44,301 bases of DNA, taken from Candidatus Nanoarchaeia archaeon (GTDB lineage Archaea; Nanobdellota; Nanobdellia; Woesearchaeales; DSVV01). Position 1 is the stretch's first letter. Each line of letters starts with the position of its first letter. The DNA is taken from NCBI GenBank assembly GCA_048618745.1, contig JBMCCQ010000002.1, forward strand, positions 1 to 44,301. Direction: 5' to 3'. Below the pieces are notes generated by a model. The model searched no databases and was not told where the DNA came from. It saw only the letters and a program-made list of their open reading frames with translations. Position numbers and translations under genes: made by a program. Shown piece after piece: positions 35,279-44,207 of the stretch.

Positions 35279-36229
35279 ATGAAAGAAAAAAAAGAGCACA
35301 ACAATAAAACAACATTGGCCATTCTGGCTTTTGTGGGAGTAGGATTAATTGTGGTTTTTGTAGTAGTAATGTTATTTTTGGCAGCCTTATTCAATAGTGA
35401 CTCTGCCGGAAGTTTAAGCACAGGAAATGTTGCAATTATTGAAGTAAACGGAATTATACAAACGCAGACTCCAAATTCAGTATTAGGTGGGGATGTTGCC
35501 TCCAGCAATGAAATCAGAAACTACATAGAAAAGGCAGCAAATGACAGGACCGTAAAAGCCATCCTCATTAAGGTTAATTCACAAGGAGGAAGCCCTGTCG
35601 CAACAGATGAAATTGCCTCGGCAATAAAATCCACAAATAAAACAACTGTGGCAGTCATAAGGGATGTTGGGGCAAGTGGTGGTTACTGGATAGCCTCCGC
35701 ATGTGACCAAATATTTGCAAACAAAATGTCCCTTGTAGGAAGTATAGGAGTAACTTCTGCCCATCTTGGATTTGATGAGTTTATTAAAGAGCATAATGTT
35801 AGTTATAGAAGGCTGGTTTCAGGCGAGTACAAAGACATAGGTTCACCATTTAAAGAGATGACACAAGAGGAAAAGAAAATTTTCCAAAAGAAGCTCGACG
35901 TCCTTCATGAAATATTTATACAGGAAGTTAAAGAAAACAGAGATATGGATGAGGAGCAGATAAAAAAGGTTTCCACAGGATTGTTCTGGACAGGCCTTGA
36001 GGCAAAGGAACTTGAGCTCATTGATGAATTTGGCGGAGAAAAGGATGCAATAACATTTATTGAGAAAGAACAGGGAATATCCGCAAACAAGATTAAGTAT
36101 ACAAAACAACCCTCTTTTACTGACATTTTAATGGGAGCTGTACAAAACCACGCTTTTTCTATGGGAGAAGGTATTGGCTCAAGTATTGCACAGGAAAGCA
36201 AGCCGGAGCCGCATAGTATTTCAGTTTAA
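35279..36229 (+). CDS. sppA: Signal peptide peptidase SppA (S49, 36K type)
   Basis: N-terminal TM, NSQGGSP, GASGGYW (Ser nucleophile), conserved Lys region. Confidence 0.85.
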   Translation: MKEKKEHNNKTTLAILAFVGVGLIVVFVVVMLFLAALFNSDSAGSLSTGNVAIIEVNGIIQTQTPNSVLGGDVASSNEIRNYIEKAANDRTVKAILIKVNSQGGSPVATDEIASAIKSTNKTTVAVIRDVGASGGYWIASACDQIFANKMSLVGSIGVTSAHLGFDEFIKEHNVSYRRLVSGEYKDIGSPFKEMTQEEKKIFQKKLDVLHEIFIQEVKENRDMDEEQIKKVSTGLFWTGLEAKELELIDEFGGEKDAITFIEKEQGISANKIKYTKQPSFTDILMGAVQNHAFSMGEGIGSSIAQESKPEPHSISV

Positions 36230-36230
36230 A

Positions 36231-37079
36231 ATGGGAAATAAGACATTTTGTGAGCAAATTGAAAAAAAAGTTCGCCAGACCATAAAAAAATACACTCTGT
36301 TAAAAAAAAATGAAAGGTGTGCTGTGGCAGTTTCGGGCGGGAAGGACAGTGTCTCCTGCCTTCATATACTAAACAAATTAGGGTATAGAGTTGAGGCTTT
36401 ATTAATCGACCATGGGATAGGTGAATATGCCAAAACAAATGCCGCAAATGTAGAAAATAATTGTAAAATCCTTGACATCCCGTTTCGGAAACTATCATTT
36501 AAAGAAGAATTTGGCAAAAGTCTTAGAAAAATAAGGGAGACTCTCCTAAAAAACGGATATTCCTATTCATACTGTATGATTTGCGGCATTCTTAAAAGGT
36601 ATCTTATGAATAAGGCAGCCAGAGAATTTGAATACGATGTTATTGCAACGGGCCACAACCTGGACGATGAAGCACAGGCCTTTGTTATGAATGTTTTCCG
36701 AAATGATTTCAAATTGGGGGCACGACAAGGGCCGGCACCAGGTATTATTGACAATAATAAATTTGTAAGAAGAATTAAGCCACTCTTTTTTGTCTCAGAA
36801 AGTGATCTCAAAAAGTATGCCAAAACTATAAAGCTGCATGTCAATTATTCTCAATGTCCCTACACAAAATCATCTTACAGGCATGACTTTAAGGAAATGC
36901 TCAACAACTTTGAAAAAAGAAACCCTTCCATAAAATATAATATTCTTCATTTCCAGCAAACCATGAAAGGTTATATTGAGCTTTCCAAAATTCCTGAAAT
37001 TGGCTTATGTGAAAAATGCGGAGAACCTTCCTCTGCTAAGGTGTGTAAAGCCTGCGAGATTGTAGAAAAAATAATATAA
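36231..37079 (+). CDS. tRNA 2-thiolation PP-loop ATPase (TtuA/NcsA/TtcA family)
   Basis: VSGGKDS PP-loop, CMICG plus SQCPY (Fe-S ligand pattern), C-terminal zinc finger CEKCG...CKAC. The ATG at 36231 is 1 nt after the sppA stop; the track start at 36174 overlaps sppA. Confidence 0.8.
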   Translation: MGNKTFCEQIEKKVRQTIKKYTLLKKNERCAVAVSGGKDSVSCLHILNKLGYRVEALLIDHGIGEYAKTNAANVENNCKILDIPFRKLSFKEEFGKSLRKIRETLLKNGYSYSYCMICGILKRYLMNKAAREFEYDVIATGHNLDDEAQAFVMNVFRNDFKLGARQGPAPGIIDNNKFVRRIKPLFFVSESDLKKYAKTIKLHVNYSQCPYTKSSYRHDFKEMLNNFEKRNPSIKYNILHFQQTMKGYIELSKIPEIGLCEKCGEPSSAKVCKACEIVEKII

Positions 37080-37107
37080 ATTTAATCTAATACAAAATAA
37101 AAAAGTA

Positions 37108-37896
37108 TTATGTTAATGCTGCAACACTGTTTTCTTTGGTAATCTTGCTTTGATGCTTCTCATCATTTAAAACATTAAGCACAAGCTTATTATAATCCTC
37201 GGCACCTCTGCTTCCCTTGGCATACCTGAATATGGACATATGCCTTTCGGGCGCTTCCTTCAATCTAGCATTCACACGTATTGGCTCCGAGATTATATCA
37301 TAATAAATGTTGTTCATTATCTCCAGTGTCTTTTTGCAAACCCTGTTTCTTTTGTCAAAAAGTGTAGGTACAATTTTTGTAACTTTTAAAGTATGACCAA
37401 ATCTCTTATTTGTTTTCTCAATCATTTTCAGGGTATTACTGGTGCCGCGCAGACCGAGCACATCAGTAGAAGTCGGCACAACAGCCTCATCTGTTGAAAG
37501 AATTGCTAAGTCGCTTAGCGGACCCATCATTGGAGAGCAATCAACAACTACATAATCATAACCACTAATACCTTTCAGTTTCTTTGCAAATTTATTCAGG
37601 TTTGACTGCGTTTTAGCCATCTCTGTCTCAATCTCCACAAGACTTTCCTTAGCACCAAGCAAATCAAGGTTTTTCCCCAAGTTTGTTACACACTCCTTGA
37701 TTTCAACTTCACTTGTAAGGAAATCATACAAATCATAAGCACTTATGGACTGCAGACTAAATGTTGCATTTCCTTGTGGGTCAAGGTCTACCAGCAAAAC
37801 ACTTTTCCCTTTTCTTGACAGACCGGCTGCAAGATTTACAGCAGTTGTAGTTTTCCCTACGCCGCCCTTTTGATTTATTACACATATTCTTCTCAT
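37108..37896 (-). CDS. parA: ParA/Soj-family deviant Walker ATPase
   Basis: NQKGGVGKTTTAVNLA deviant Walker A and VVVDCSP Walker B region. Confidence 0.85.
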   Translation of the reverse strand: MRRICVINQKGGVGKTTTAVNLAAGLSRKGKSVLLVDLDPQGNATFSLQSISAYDLYDFLTSEVEIKECVTNLGKNLDLLGAKESLVEIETEMAKTQSNLNKFAKKLKGISGYDYVVVDCSPMMGPLSDLAILSTDEAVVPTSTDVLGLRGTSNTLKMIEKTNKRFGHTLKVTKIVPTLFDKRNRVCKKTLEIMNNIYYDIISEPIRVNARLKEAPERHMSIFRYAKGSRGAEDYNKLVLNVLNDEKHQSKITKENSVAALT

Positions 37897-37935
37897 AATT
37901 ATCCTCTCTGTTATGCTTATTGTAGTCCCTCTTTT

Positions 37936-38328
37936 TTATTTCATTTTCTTAGTGATCCCGATTTTTTCCTTGCAATTTTCACAAACAAACACATAAGCGG
38001 GAACACCCTTAAAAGTTCTTCTTTTATACTCTGTTGTGGTTTCTCCTGAATGTCCGCAATGCGGACACGTATATGCTATTTCTACAGTAAGTTTCGGTTC
38101 ATGCTCCTTTTTCTCTTCCTTATAACCACACTGGCCACATACATATTCGGTAGCCCTCCTCTTGATTTTCCCTTTCTCTACAGGTTTACCCATTGTACCC
38201 TCTTTGCATTCAGGACACTCCAACCTGTACGCCCAGGCTTTCAGTTTGCCGTTATTCTCAAGAGTTCTGTTAGTAAAATATACCAACTCATGCATACCTT
38301 CGGGATGTCTTAAAGCCATTTTCTTCAC
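37936..38328 (-). CDS. Double zinc-ribbon protein encoded immediately upstream of parA
   Basis: CPEC...CGQCG and CPHCG...CENC pairs, basic overall. GTG at 38328 or ATG at 38319. Confidence 0.55.
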   Translation of the reverse strand: MKKMALRHPEGMHELVYFTNRTLENNGKLKAWAYRLECPECKEGTMGKPVEKGKIKRRATEYVCGQCGYKEEKKEHEPKLTVEIAYTCPHCGHSGETTTEYKRRTFKGVPAYVFVCENCKEKIGITKKMK

Positions 38329-38380
38329 ATCATAGTTGTTTTATTTTAGAGTAGTAATCAAACCTCAAACAGCAACTTCT

Positions 38381-38403
38381 ATTAAAATCTTTCGGATTTT
38401 AAT
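38381..38403. repeat. Perfect 9-bp inverted repeat attaaaatc-N5-gattttaat in the divergent promoter region
   Basis: Read directly: 38381-38389 is the reverse complement of 38395-38403. Confidence 0.6.
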
Positions 38404-38556
38404 TTGCTCAAAAAACGCAATCTCCCATATCTTTACATAATAATTATTCATTATACAGATACAACAAAACTTTATAAAAGATAATATGGTTATTTTTACA
38501 AATCAATATTTTATATTATTAAAGGTGGGATTGATTGTTTTTAAAAAGGGGTATAA

Positions 38557-40221
38557 ATGGCAGGCGATTATTCAAAAGAGGCTCAAGATAACAAAGAAAT
38601 AAGAGATGATTATAAATTTATCGAGGACGGACTCAATCGGCTAAAAAGAAAAGTTAAATCCTCAGATGCAATAACAGCTGGACAAATAGAAGAGTTGAAA
38701 AAAGCTGATCTTGAAGCCCTTCTGAAATGGCTAAATGACAGAGAAAAGGAGCTTTACCAAAGAGAAAACCTGATTCTTGACAAAGAACAAAAAGCAGAAA
38801 AAAAAGAAAATGAGCTAAACGAGAAGGATGAAAAGATAAAACAAAAAGAAAAGGATAATGAAGAAATGCTTAAACGCCTAAGGGATGAAGAAGAAGCCAT
38901 TGTAAAAAAAGTAGAAGAAATTGAAAAGAGAAAAGAAGAGCTAAATAAAAATATTGAAATTCTGCGCAGGGAAGAAATTGCCAACATGCAGAACCACAAA
39001 CAGCTTCAGGAAGATAAAAAGGAGCTTGCAAAAAAGGAGAATTCTGTTTCAAACGTTGTAGAAAAAATTGAAAAGGAAAATAAAGAGCTGCAGCGTGAGA
39101 AGAAAGCAGCTGAAGAAAAGAAAAAAGAACTTCAGGAATATGAGAAAAAAATTGAACAGCTAAACAAAGAGCTTGAAAATAAGGAAAAATCGGTGTCTGA
39201 AAAAGAGGAGAAACTCATTAACCGCGAAGATTCTATTTCAAAACAGGAAAAACAAGCAAAAGAGCGCTTTGAAAAGATTAAAGAACTCGAGTCACACCTT
39301 AAAAATCTAAAAGAGTCCCTCTCAACTGGCATGACTAAGCTAAAAAATAAAGAAATGGATATGGAGAAACAAAGAAAAGCGAGGGAAGAAGAGCTTAATA
39401 AAAAAGAGCAGGAGTTAAAAAGAAAAGAAGAAAACCTAAACCAGCAAAAAGAGGAGATTGAACAAAAGAGAAAAGAAGTGGAAGAGGAAAAGAAAAAGGA
39501 AATCGAAGACAAGAAAAAAGAACTAGATGAAAAGGAGAAAAAAGCCAGGGATAAAAGACTTGAGCTAAGCAAAAGAGAAAGTGAACTCTCCCAAAAGGAG
39601 CAAAAGCTTCAGGAACTCCGTGAGCAATATAACAAAAAGCTTGAGGAAATAAACCAAAAGGCAAGTAGCCTGCAAGAAAAGGAAAAAAAGATTAATGAAG
39701 CAATGGAGATTGTTAAAAAGGCTTCCAAGTATGCAGACACAATTAAAAGCCTCAAGCAAACTTATGAGCATTTACGTGAAAGTGTAAAAGAGGAATATTC
39801 AAAACTTAATAAACTTAGAGAAGGTAAAGCTCCTGAAGAGGCAAGTGAAGAGAGTAAGCAAAACAGGGAACAAGAAAAGGAAATAAATGACAACCCCCAA
39901 GAAGATACTTCCAAAGAACAAGTTGAAACTCAACCCACAAAAGAAAATACAAAACCAAAAGAACAAACAAATGAAGAAGCAGAAAACAATGAGCCTGTAA
40001 AAAATTCCCCCGAAGAAGATGCAAATATTATTGATAGTTGCAATGAATTAATTGAAGAGGCCTATAATTACCTAAAGCAGGGAAATATCCCTCAAGTTAG
40101 AGGTCTTATTTCAAGGCTTAAATCCTTATACCCCCGTATCTCTGATGATAATCCTGAAAAAAATCAGGTAAAATACGGGGTTCAACAATTGGAGACAGAC
40201 CAGAAGCTGGCTGAGATGTAA
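38557..40221 (+). CDS. Very long K/E-rich coiled-coil protein with a small helical C-terminal domain
   Basis: About 400 aa of uninterrupted charged heptad-like sequence, then an acidic linker. The C-terminus LIEEAYNYLKQGNIPQVRGLISRLKSLY is shared in pattern with the protein at 41016-42359. Confidence 0.7.
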   Translation: MAGDYSKEAQDNKEIRDDYKFIEDGLNRLKRKVKSSDAITAGQIEELKKADLEALLKWLNDREKELYQRENLILDKEQKAEKKENELNEKDEKIKQKEKDNEEMLKRLRDEEEAIVKKVEEIEKRKEELNKNIEILRREEIANMQNHKQLQEDKKELAKKENSVSNVVEKIEKENKELQREKKAAEEKKKELQEYEKKIEQLNKELENKEKSVSEKEEKLINREDSISKQEKQAKERFEKIKELESHLKNLKESLSTGMTKLKNKEMDMEKQRKAREEELNKKEQELKRKEENLNQQKEEIEQKRKEVEEEKKKEIEDKKKELDEKEKKARDKRLELSKRESELSQKEQKLQELREQYNKKLEEINQKASSLQEKEKKINEAMEIVKKASKYADTIKSLKQTYEHLRESVKEEYSKLNKLREGKAPEEASEESKQNREQEKEINDNPQEDTSKEQVETQPTKENTKPKEQTNEEAENNEPVKNSPEEDANIIDSCNELIEEAYNYLKQGNIPQVRGLISRLKSLYPRISDDNPEKNQVKYGVQQLETDQKLAEM

Positions 40222-40222
40222 A

Positions 40223-41023
40223 ATGGGTAAACCCACATTACAGGAGCTTTTGAAAAAGCACAATGATGAAGATGACAATAGACAGGAAAACGGCGTTACT
40301 CCCAGACAATTTGAACAAGAAAATAAGCCATCATCCAAAACAAGAAGACTTCGCAGTCTCTTTATTGAGCTTCCATCTAATAAAAGGTTTACATTGCAGT
40401 CGGGAAATGAGGTCAGTAACTTAATGGAGCTCTACGAGGAAGTTCTAAGTATGCCTGATAATGTTTTTTACAATCATGTAAATGCTTACAAAAATGACTT
40501 TGCTGACTGGGTACAAAACACTCTGCAGGAGCCCTCCATTGCTGCCAGGCTTTCTGAGACCAGTAATAAGGATGAGTTCATTTACACTCTTGCCGAAGAG
40601 ATTAAATATCTTGAAGACGATGCGTATAAAAGAAAAGCCATGGTAAATCCTGAAAAAAGATACAATGTACAAAAAGAATTTCAGCCGCAGCCTTACCAAA
40701 ACACACAACATCTTGAAAAGATTGAGGAAAATTCAAAAGAACTCAGGAATCTTAACCAAATGATTTATAACCTGGCAGCAACCATTGAAAATATTGACAA
40801 CAGGGTGTCCTACCTTACAAGGAAAATGGAGTCTCTGGAAAAGGAGCATAACGAAAGCATCTCCAGGTTATCAGAAACAATGGAGGAGAGACACCAGCAT
40901 CTTCAAAAAGAGCTCAATGAGCTTGAAAAACTCGAAAATGAGGTTGAATGGCGAAGACGCCATGTCTCAATTATGGAAAAAAGCTTATCTGAACAGGAGA
41001 AACAAATAGATAAAAATGAATGA
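40223..41023 (+). CDS. Protein with N-terminal FxL..G..V..L.EL...L..M...F..HVN..KNDFA.W domain plus C-terminal coiled coil
   Basis: RFTLQSGNEVSNLMELYEEVLSMPDNVFYNHVNAYKNDFADWVQNTL. From memory this resembles a DUF5752-like module (unverified). The start is 1 nt after the upstream stop. Confidence 0.6.
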   Translation: MGKPTLQELLKKHNDEDDNRQENGVTPRQFEQENKPSSKTRRLRSLFIELPSNKRFTLQSGNEVSNLMELYEEVLSMPDNVFYNHVNAYKNDFADWVQNTLQEPSIAARLSETSNKDEFIYTLAEEIKYLEDDAYKRKAMVNPEKRYNVQKEFQPQPYQNTQHLEKIEENSKELRNLNQMIYNLAATIENIDNRVSYLTRKMESLEKEHNESISRLSETMEERHQHLQKELNELEKLENEVEWRRRHVSIMEKSLSEQEKQIDKNE

Positions 41024-42359
41024 CAGTCTGATTAAAGGCAAACCCTTGCAGGGCAACGTTTCTTTTTTGAAACTCGGGCAAAATTATAAAAATAATAACC
41101 TGCAAAATGCTGCCCCTCTTAAAGAGCCTGTAAAACAGGATAATGGATTGGTTGAATACATAACCAAAAAAAGAAAAAAACTTATGGAAGAGTTCAACAG
41201 GCTTGAGATGCGCATCAGGGAAATTGAAAAAAGAAAAGAAGAGCTAAGAAGGCGAAAACAAAATCTATCTGGTGAAGAAGACAGGTTGTCAGCTGAGATA
41301 AAAGAATTAAAAAAAGAGGAAAACGAGCTTAATAAGGAACTTAATGAAAGCGCTGAAAAACTAAAAGACGGAAAAGATATACATACTAAAAATAATACAA
41401 AAGGAGGCTCTCAAATGCAGGAAAACAGCCAACAAAACCAGGATGCAAATTCACTTCAGGAGAATTTAAAGAATGAACTTTATAATTCTATAAAAGACGA
41501 GCTTGAAAAACAATATGATAAATTAATCAGGGAAAAGGAAAATAAGCTAAGTAACGAAGAGCTATTGGAATATATAAAATCACACAGGCAATGGCTTGAG
41601 CAAAAATTAAATGAATTGGAGATAAGCTTGAAAAAACAAATAAGCGAAGAAAATAAGAATATTGAAAATACCTTACAAAAGGATTTGGATGAATCAACAA
41701 CTAAACTTGAAAACCAGCTTGAAAAACTGAAAACAAAAAAAACTGACGAAACTGCTTCTCAAAAAATTGAAAAAGACTCCGGGAGTAAAAAACCTAATCA
41801 AATAGAGCAAAGAGAAAGCGAAGAGCCTCAGGAAGAAACTAGCGGGGAAACTATAGAAGATGTCTATAACCGGTATGAGCAAAACTCAAATGAAAATGAG
41901 CAAAAAGAAACCAAGGAGTCACAGGAAAAGCCAGGTGAAGAAACAATGGAAGATGTGTATAATCAGGATGAACAAAATATAAATCAGGAACAAAAGGAAA
42001 CTGAGAATTCACAGGAAGAATCAGGGGAAGAAAATGATGAACAACCTAAGCAGGGAACAGGTAAAGAAGATTCAAAGGAAGATATCCAGGAGCTTCTAAA
42101 AAAAATTGACGACCATCAAAGCAGTCAGGAAATAAAAATTGACCCCTCTAAACTTACAAACGAAGAAAAAAAAGAGCACATCTATAAAATGATTAACGAA
42201 GTAATGTCCTGTCTTGCAGAAGAGGATTACAAAACAGCCAAAAAGCTTCTTGCAGAAATTACTAAGGTGTATAACGCCCTTGAAGGCTATATTGTTGACA
42301 AGCACAGGATTTACGAGGAAGTCTCTGAAATTAAAAAATACATAAATGCAAGGACATAG
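41016..42359 (+). CDS. Coiled-coil protein with acidic tandem repeats and the same C-terminal helical motif as 38557-40221
   Basis: 8-nt overlap with the upstream gene, a heptad-like central region, and C-terminus MINEVMSCLAEEDYKTAKKLLAEITKVY. Confidence 0.7.
   Translation: MNDSLIKGKPLQGNVSFLKLGQNYKNNNLQNAAPLKEPVKQDNGLVEYITKKRKKLMEEFNRLEMRIREIEKRKEELRRRKQNLSGEEDRLSAEIKELKKEENELNKELNESAEKLKDGKDIHTKNNTKGGSQMQENSQQNQDANSLQENLKNELYNSIKDELEKQYDKLIREKENKLSNEELLEYIKSHRQWLEQKLNELEISLKKQISEENKNIENTLQKDLDESTTKLENQLEKLKTKKTDETASQKIEKDSGSKKPNQIEQRESEEPQEETSGETIEDVYNRYEQNSNENEQKETKESQEKPGEETMEDVYNQDEQNINQEQKETENSQEESGEENDEQPKQGTGKEDSKEDIQELLKKIDDHQSSQEIKIDPSKLTNEEKKEHIYKMINEVMSCLAEEDYKTAKKLLAEITKVYNALEGYIVDKHRIYEEVSEIKKYINART
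41815..42040 (+). repeat. In-frame imperfect tandem repeat (about 31-33 codons x 2.3) encoding acidic E/Q-rich units (...EET.EDVYN..EQN.N.EQKET..SQE..GEE)
   Basis: ETIEDVYNRYEQNSNENEQKETKESQEKPGEE is followed by ETMEDVYNQDEQNINQEQKETENSQEESGEE. Confidence 0.6.
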
Positions 42360-42432
42360 ATGTAATCATTTTCGAATGAAAAATAAATTTTATATATGAA
42401 TTTTTAAATAAAAATTAGTATGGTGGGGCTTA

Positions 42433-42777
42433 ATGATAAAAGACTTAATGGGAAAGTTGCATATCCAGGATTCAATTAATGAGCAGCAAGCCCCCCCAAA
42501 AAAGGAGGAATTTAAGATGAATGAAAATCAGGCAGCACCAAAACCCCCCGTACCACCTGCTCCAAAAGCATCTAACCTGGGCCAGGATGTCAGAGTACAA
42601 AGGGAGGAAGCACCAATGCAAACTAGCGAAGGAATAATTATTGATTTAGGTGAGGGATTAAGCCTTAATGTGCCTATTAAAAAAAGGATGGCGCTGCAGG
42701 AATTTCTCAGGGTTGCTGAAAAAGTAAAGGCCCTTGAAATGCTAGCTGAAGAAAACCATTATGGTAGAAATTACTAA
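42433..42777 (+). CDS. Small protein with a Pro-rich N-half, unknown function (last gene of the coiled-coil operon)
   Basis: ORF only: APKPPVPPAPKA linker and a C-terminal amphipathic helix. Confidence 0.4.
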   Translation: MIKDLMGKLHIQDSINEQQAPPKKEEFKMNENQAAPKPPVPPAPKASNLGQDVRVQREEAPMQTSEGIIIDLGEGLSLNVPIKKRMALQEFLRVAEKVKALEMLAEENHYGRNY

Positions 42778-44207
42778 AAAAAATTCTTTAAAAGCCTTAT
42801 GCCGTGGCTGGCATACCCTTTAAATTTTGAAGGCTCTTTTATAGCCTCAAATGCTCTTGTGTATACATATTCGGGCCTTAAATGGTATCGCAGTAACGCC
42901 CTTTTCCTGAACTTTTCTATAAATTCCCTTGAGAGGTATTTCGTTGCAACAGCAGGGGATGAAAAATAATCCATTCCCCAGGCTGGCCTGGAAATAAGTC
43001 CGTTTTCTTTAGCAATATCATAAAGCTCAGTGCCTGTATAAGGTATGGCAAGATGCATTTCAACAAAATCAGTATTAAGCTCAAACATATGCCTTTTTGT
43101 TTCCTGAAGATGCTTTGAGTGCTCCCAGGGAAAACCAATCATATAAAATCCAAAGGTTTTAAGGCCAGCATTTTCGGCAAGCCGAACAGCCTTTTTATTA
43201 TCCTCAACAGTTGTGTATTTTTTTATTTTCTCAAGGGTTTCAGGGCTTCCTGACTCAATTCCAAAGGCAATAAGCCAGCATCCGGCCATTTTCATAATCT
43301 CAAGAGTGGACTTTTCAATTGGCTTAGTGCGTGAGTTTGCAACCCACGATATTTTTTTATGCAAACCCTCTGTAATGATCTTATCGCAAATCTTTTCCAC
43401 CCATTCACGCTCTAAGGTAAAGGTATCCGAGCGAAAGAAAAAATTCTTGATACCATGCTTTTCATAACATTCTTTGATTTCATTTACAATATTTCCTGGA
43501 CTCCTGCGCCTCACCTTTTTGCCTGAGACAAAAGGTGTAAGGCAATATATACATGAAGCAGGACAGCCTCTGGAGGTGACAATGGTGGCCATTGGTTCAT
43601 TTGTATCTGGGCGGGTATACAATTCATTTTTCATTGCGTCCCTGTCAGGAAATTCGAGTTTGTCCAGATCACATTCAAATTCCGTAAATTTTGTCTTGTT
43701 CCATTTTTTGTCTTTATAAAATATACCATTAATATGTTCAAGACTTTCATTGCCAAAATAAGAATCTATTAAGTCCGCAATAATAAATTCTGGCTCGCCT
43801 CCGATAATTATATCAACATTTTCTAATGGGAGTTTCCTAAGTAGCTCCTTTCTAATATCAAAAAACATTGCACCTTTTAAAATGAAGACACATTCCTGCT
43901 TTTTTCCTTTAAGGATGTTAATAGTTTCAATATCATCAAAGATAGTAGCATTTGTAGTGCTAATAAAAACCACATCCGGGTTAAATTCATTAAAATCTGT
44001 CTCGAGGTCCTCCCTGCTAGCCCCTTCTGTTTGGTAATCTCTCAAAAAAACTTTATGCCCGGCCTTCTTTAATTCTGCTGAGCAGTAACCAAGGTCGTTA
44101 CAGGCCCTTACGGCGGTGGATGTTGATGCCTCCACATTCGCCTGGCACCTTTCCTCACCCCGCTGGAATTTCTCTCCGGGAGGATATATTAGCATTACTT
44201 TTTTCAT
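42774..44207 (-). CDS. B12-binding-domain radical SAM enzyme
   Basis: N-terminal cobalamin-binding-like Rossmann region, then CPASCIYC (CxxxCxxC). Confidence 0.8.
   Translation of the reverse strand: MKKVMLIYPPGEKFQRGEERCQANVEASTSTAVRACNDLGYCSAELKKAGHKVFLRDYQTEGASREDLETDFNEFNPDVVFISTTNATIFDDIETINILKGKKQECVFILKGAMFFDIRKELLRKLPLENVDIIIGGEPEFIIADLIDSYFGNESLEHINGIFYKDKKWNKTKFTEFECDLDKLEFPDRDAMKNELYTRPDTNEPMATIVTSRGCPASCIYCLTPFVSGKKVRRRSPGNIVNEIKECYEKHGIKNFFFRSDTFTLEREWVEKICDKIITEGLHKKISWVANSRTKPIEKSTLEIMKMAGCWLIAFGIESGSPETLEKIKKYTTVEDNKKAVRLAENAGLKTFGFYMIGFPWEHSKHLQETKRHMFELNTDFVEMHLAIPYTGTELYDIAKENGLISRPAWGMDYFSSPAVATKYLSREFIEKFRKRALLRYHLRPEYVYTRAFEAIKEPSKFKGYASHGIRLLKNFF

Noticed and set aside
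37108-37896. ParA as evidence that the window is a plasmid or integrated mobile element
   Set aside because: No replication initiator, integrase, transposase, att-like repeats or tRNA target is present, and the surrounding genes are chromosomal housekeeping genes.
38700-39700. Possible CRISPR array or other non-coding tandem repeat suggested by the repetitive aaagaa/gaaaag DNA
   Set aside because: There are no regularly spaced identical repeats. The region is one uninterrupted ORF encoding K/E-rich coiled coil.
38754-39771. Several minus-strand ORFs (S/F/L-rich, up to 146 aa) inside the first coiled-coil gene
   Set aside because: They are antisense reading of GAA/AAG-rich coding DNA. This is a typical shadow-ORF pattern with no independent signals.
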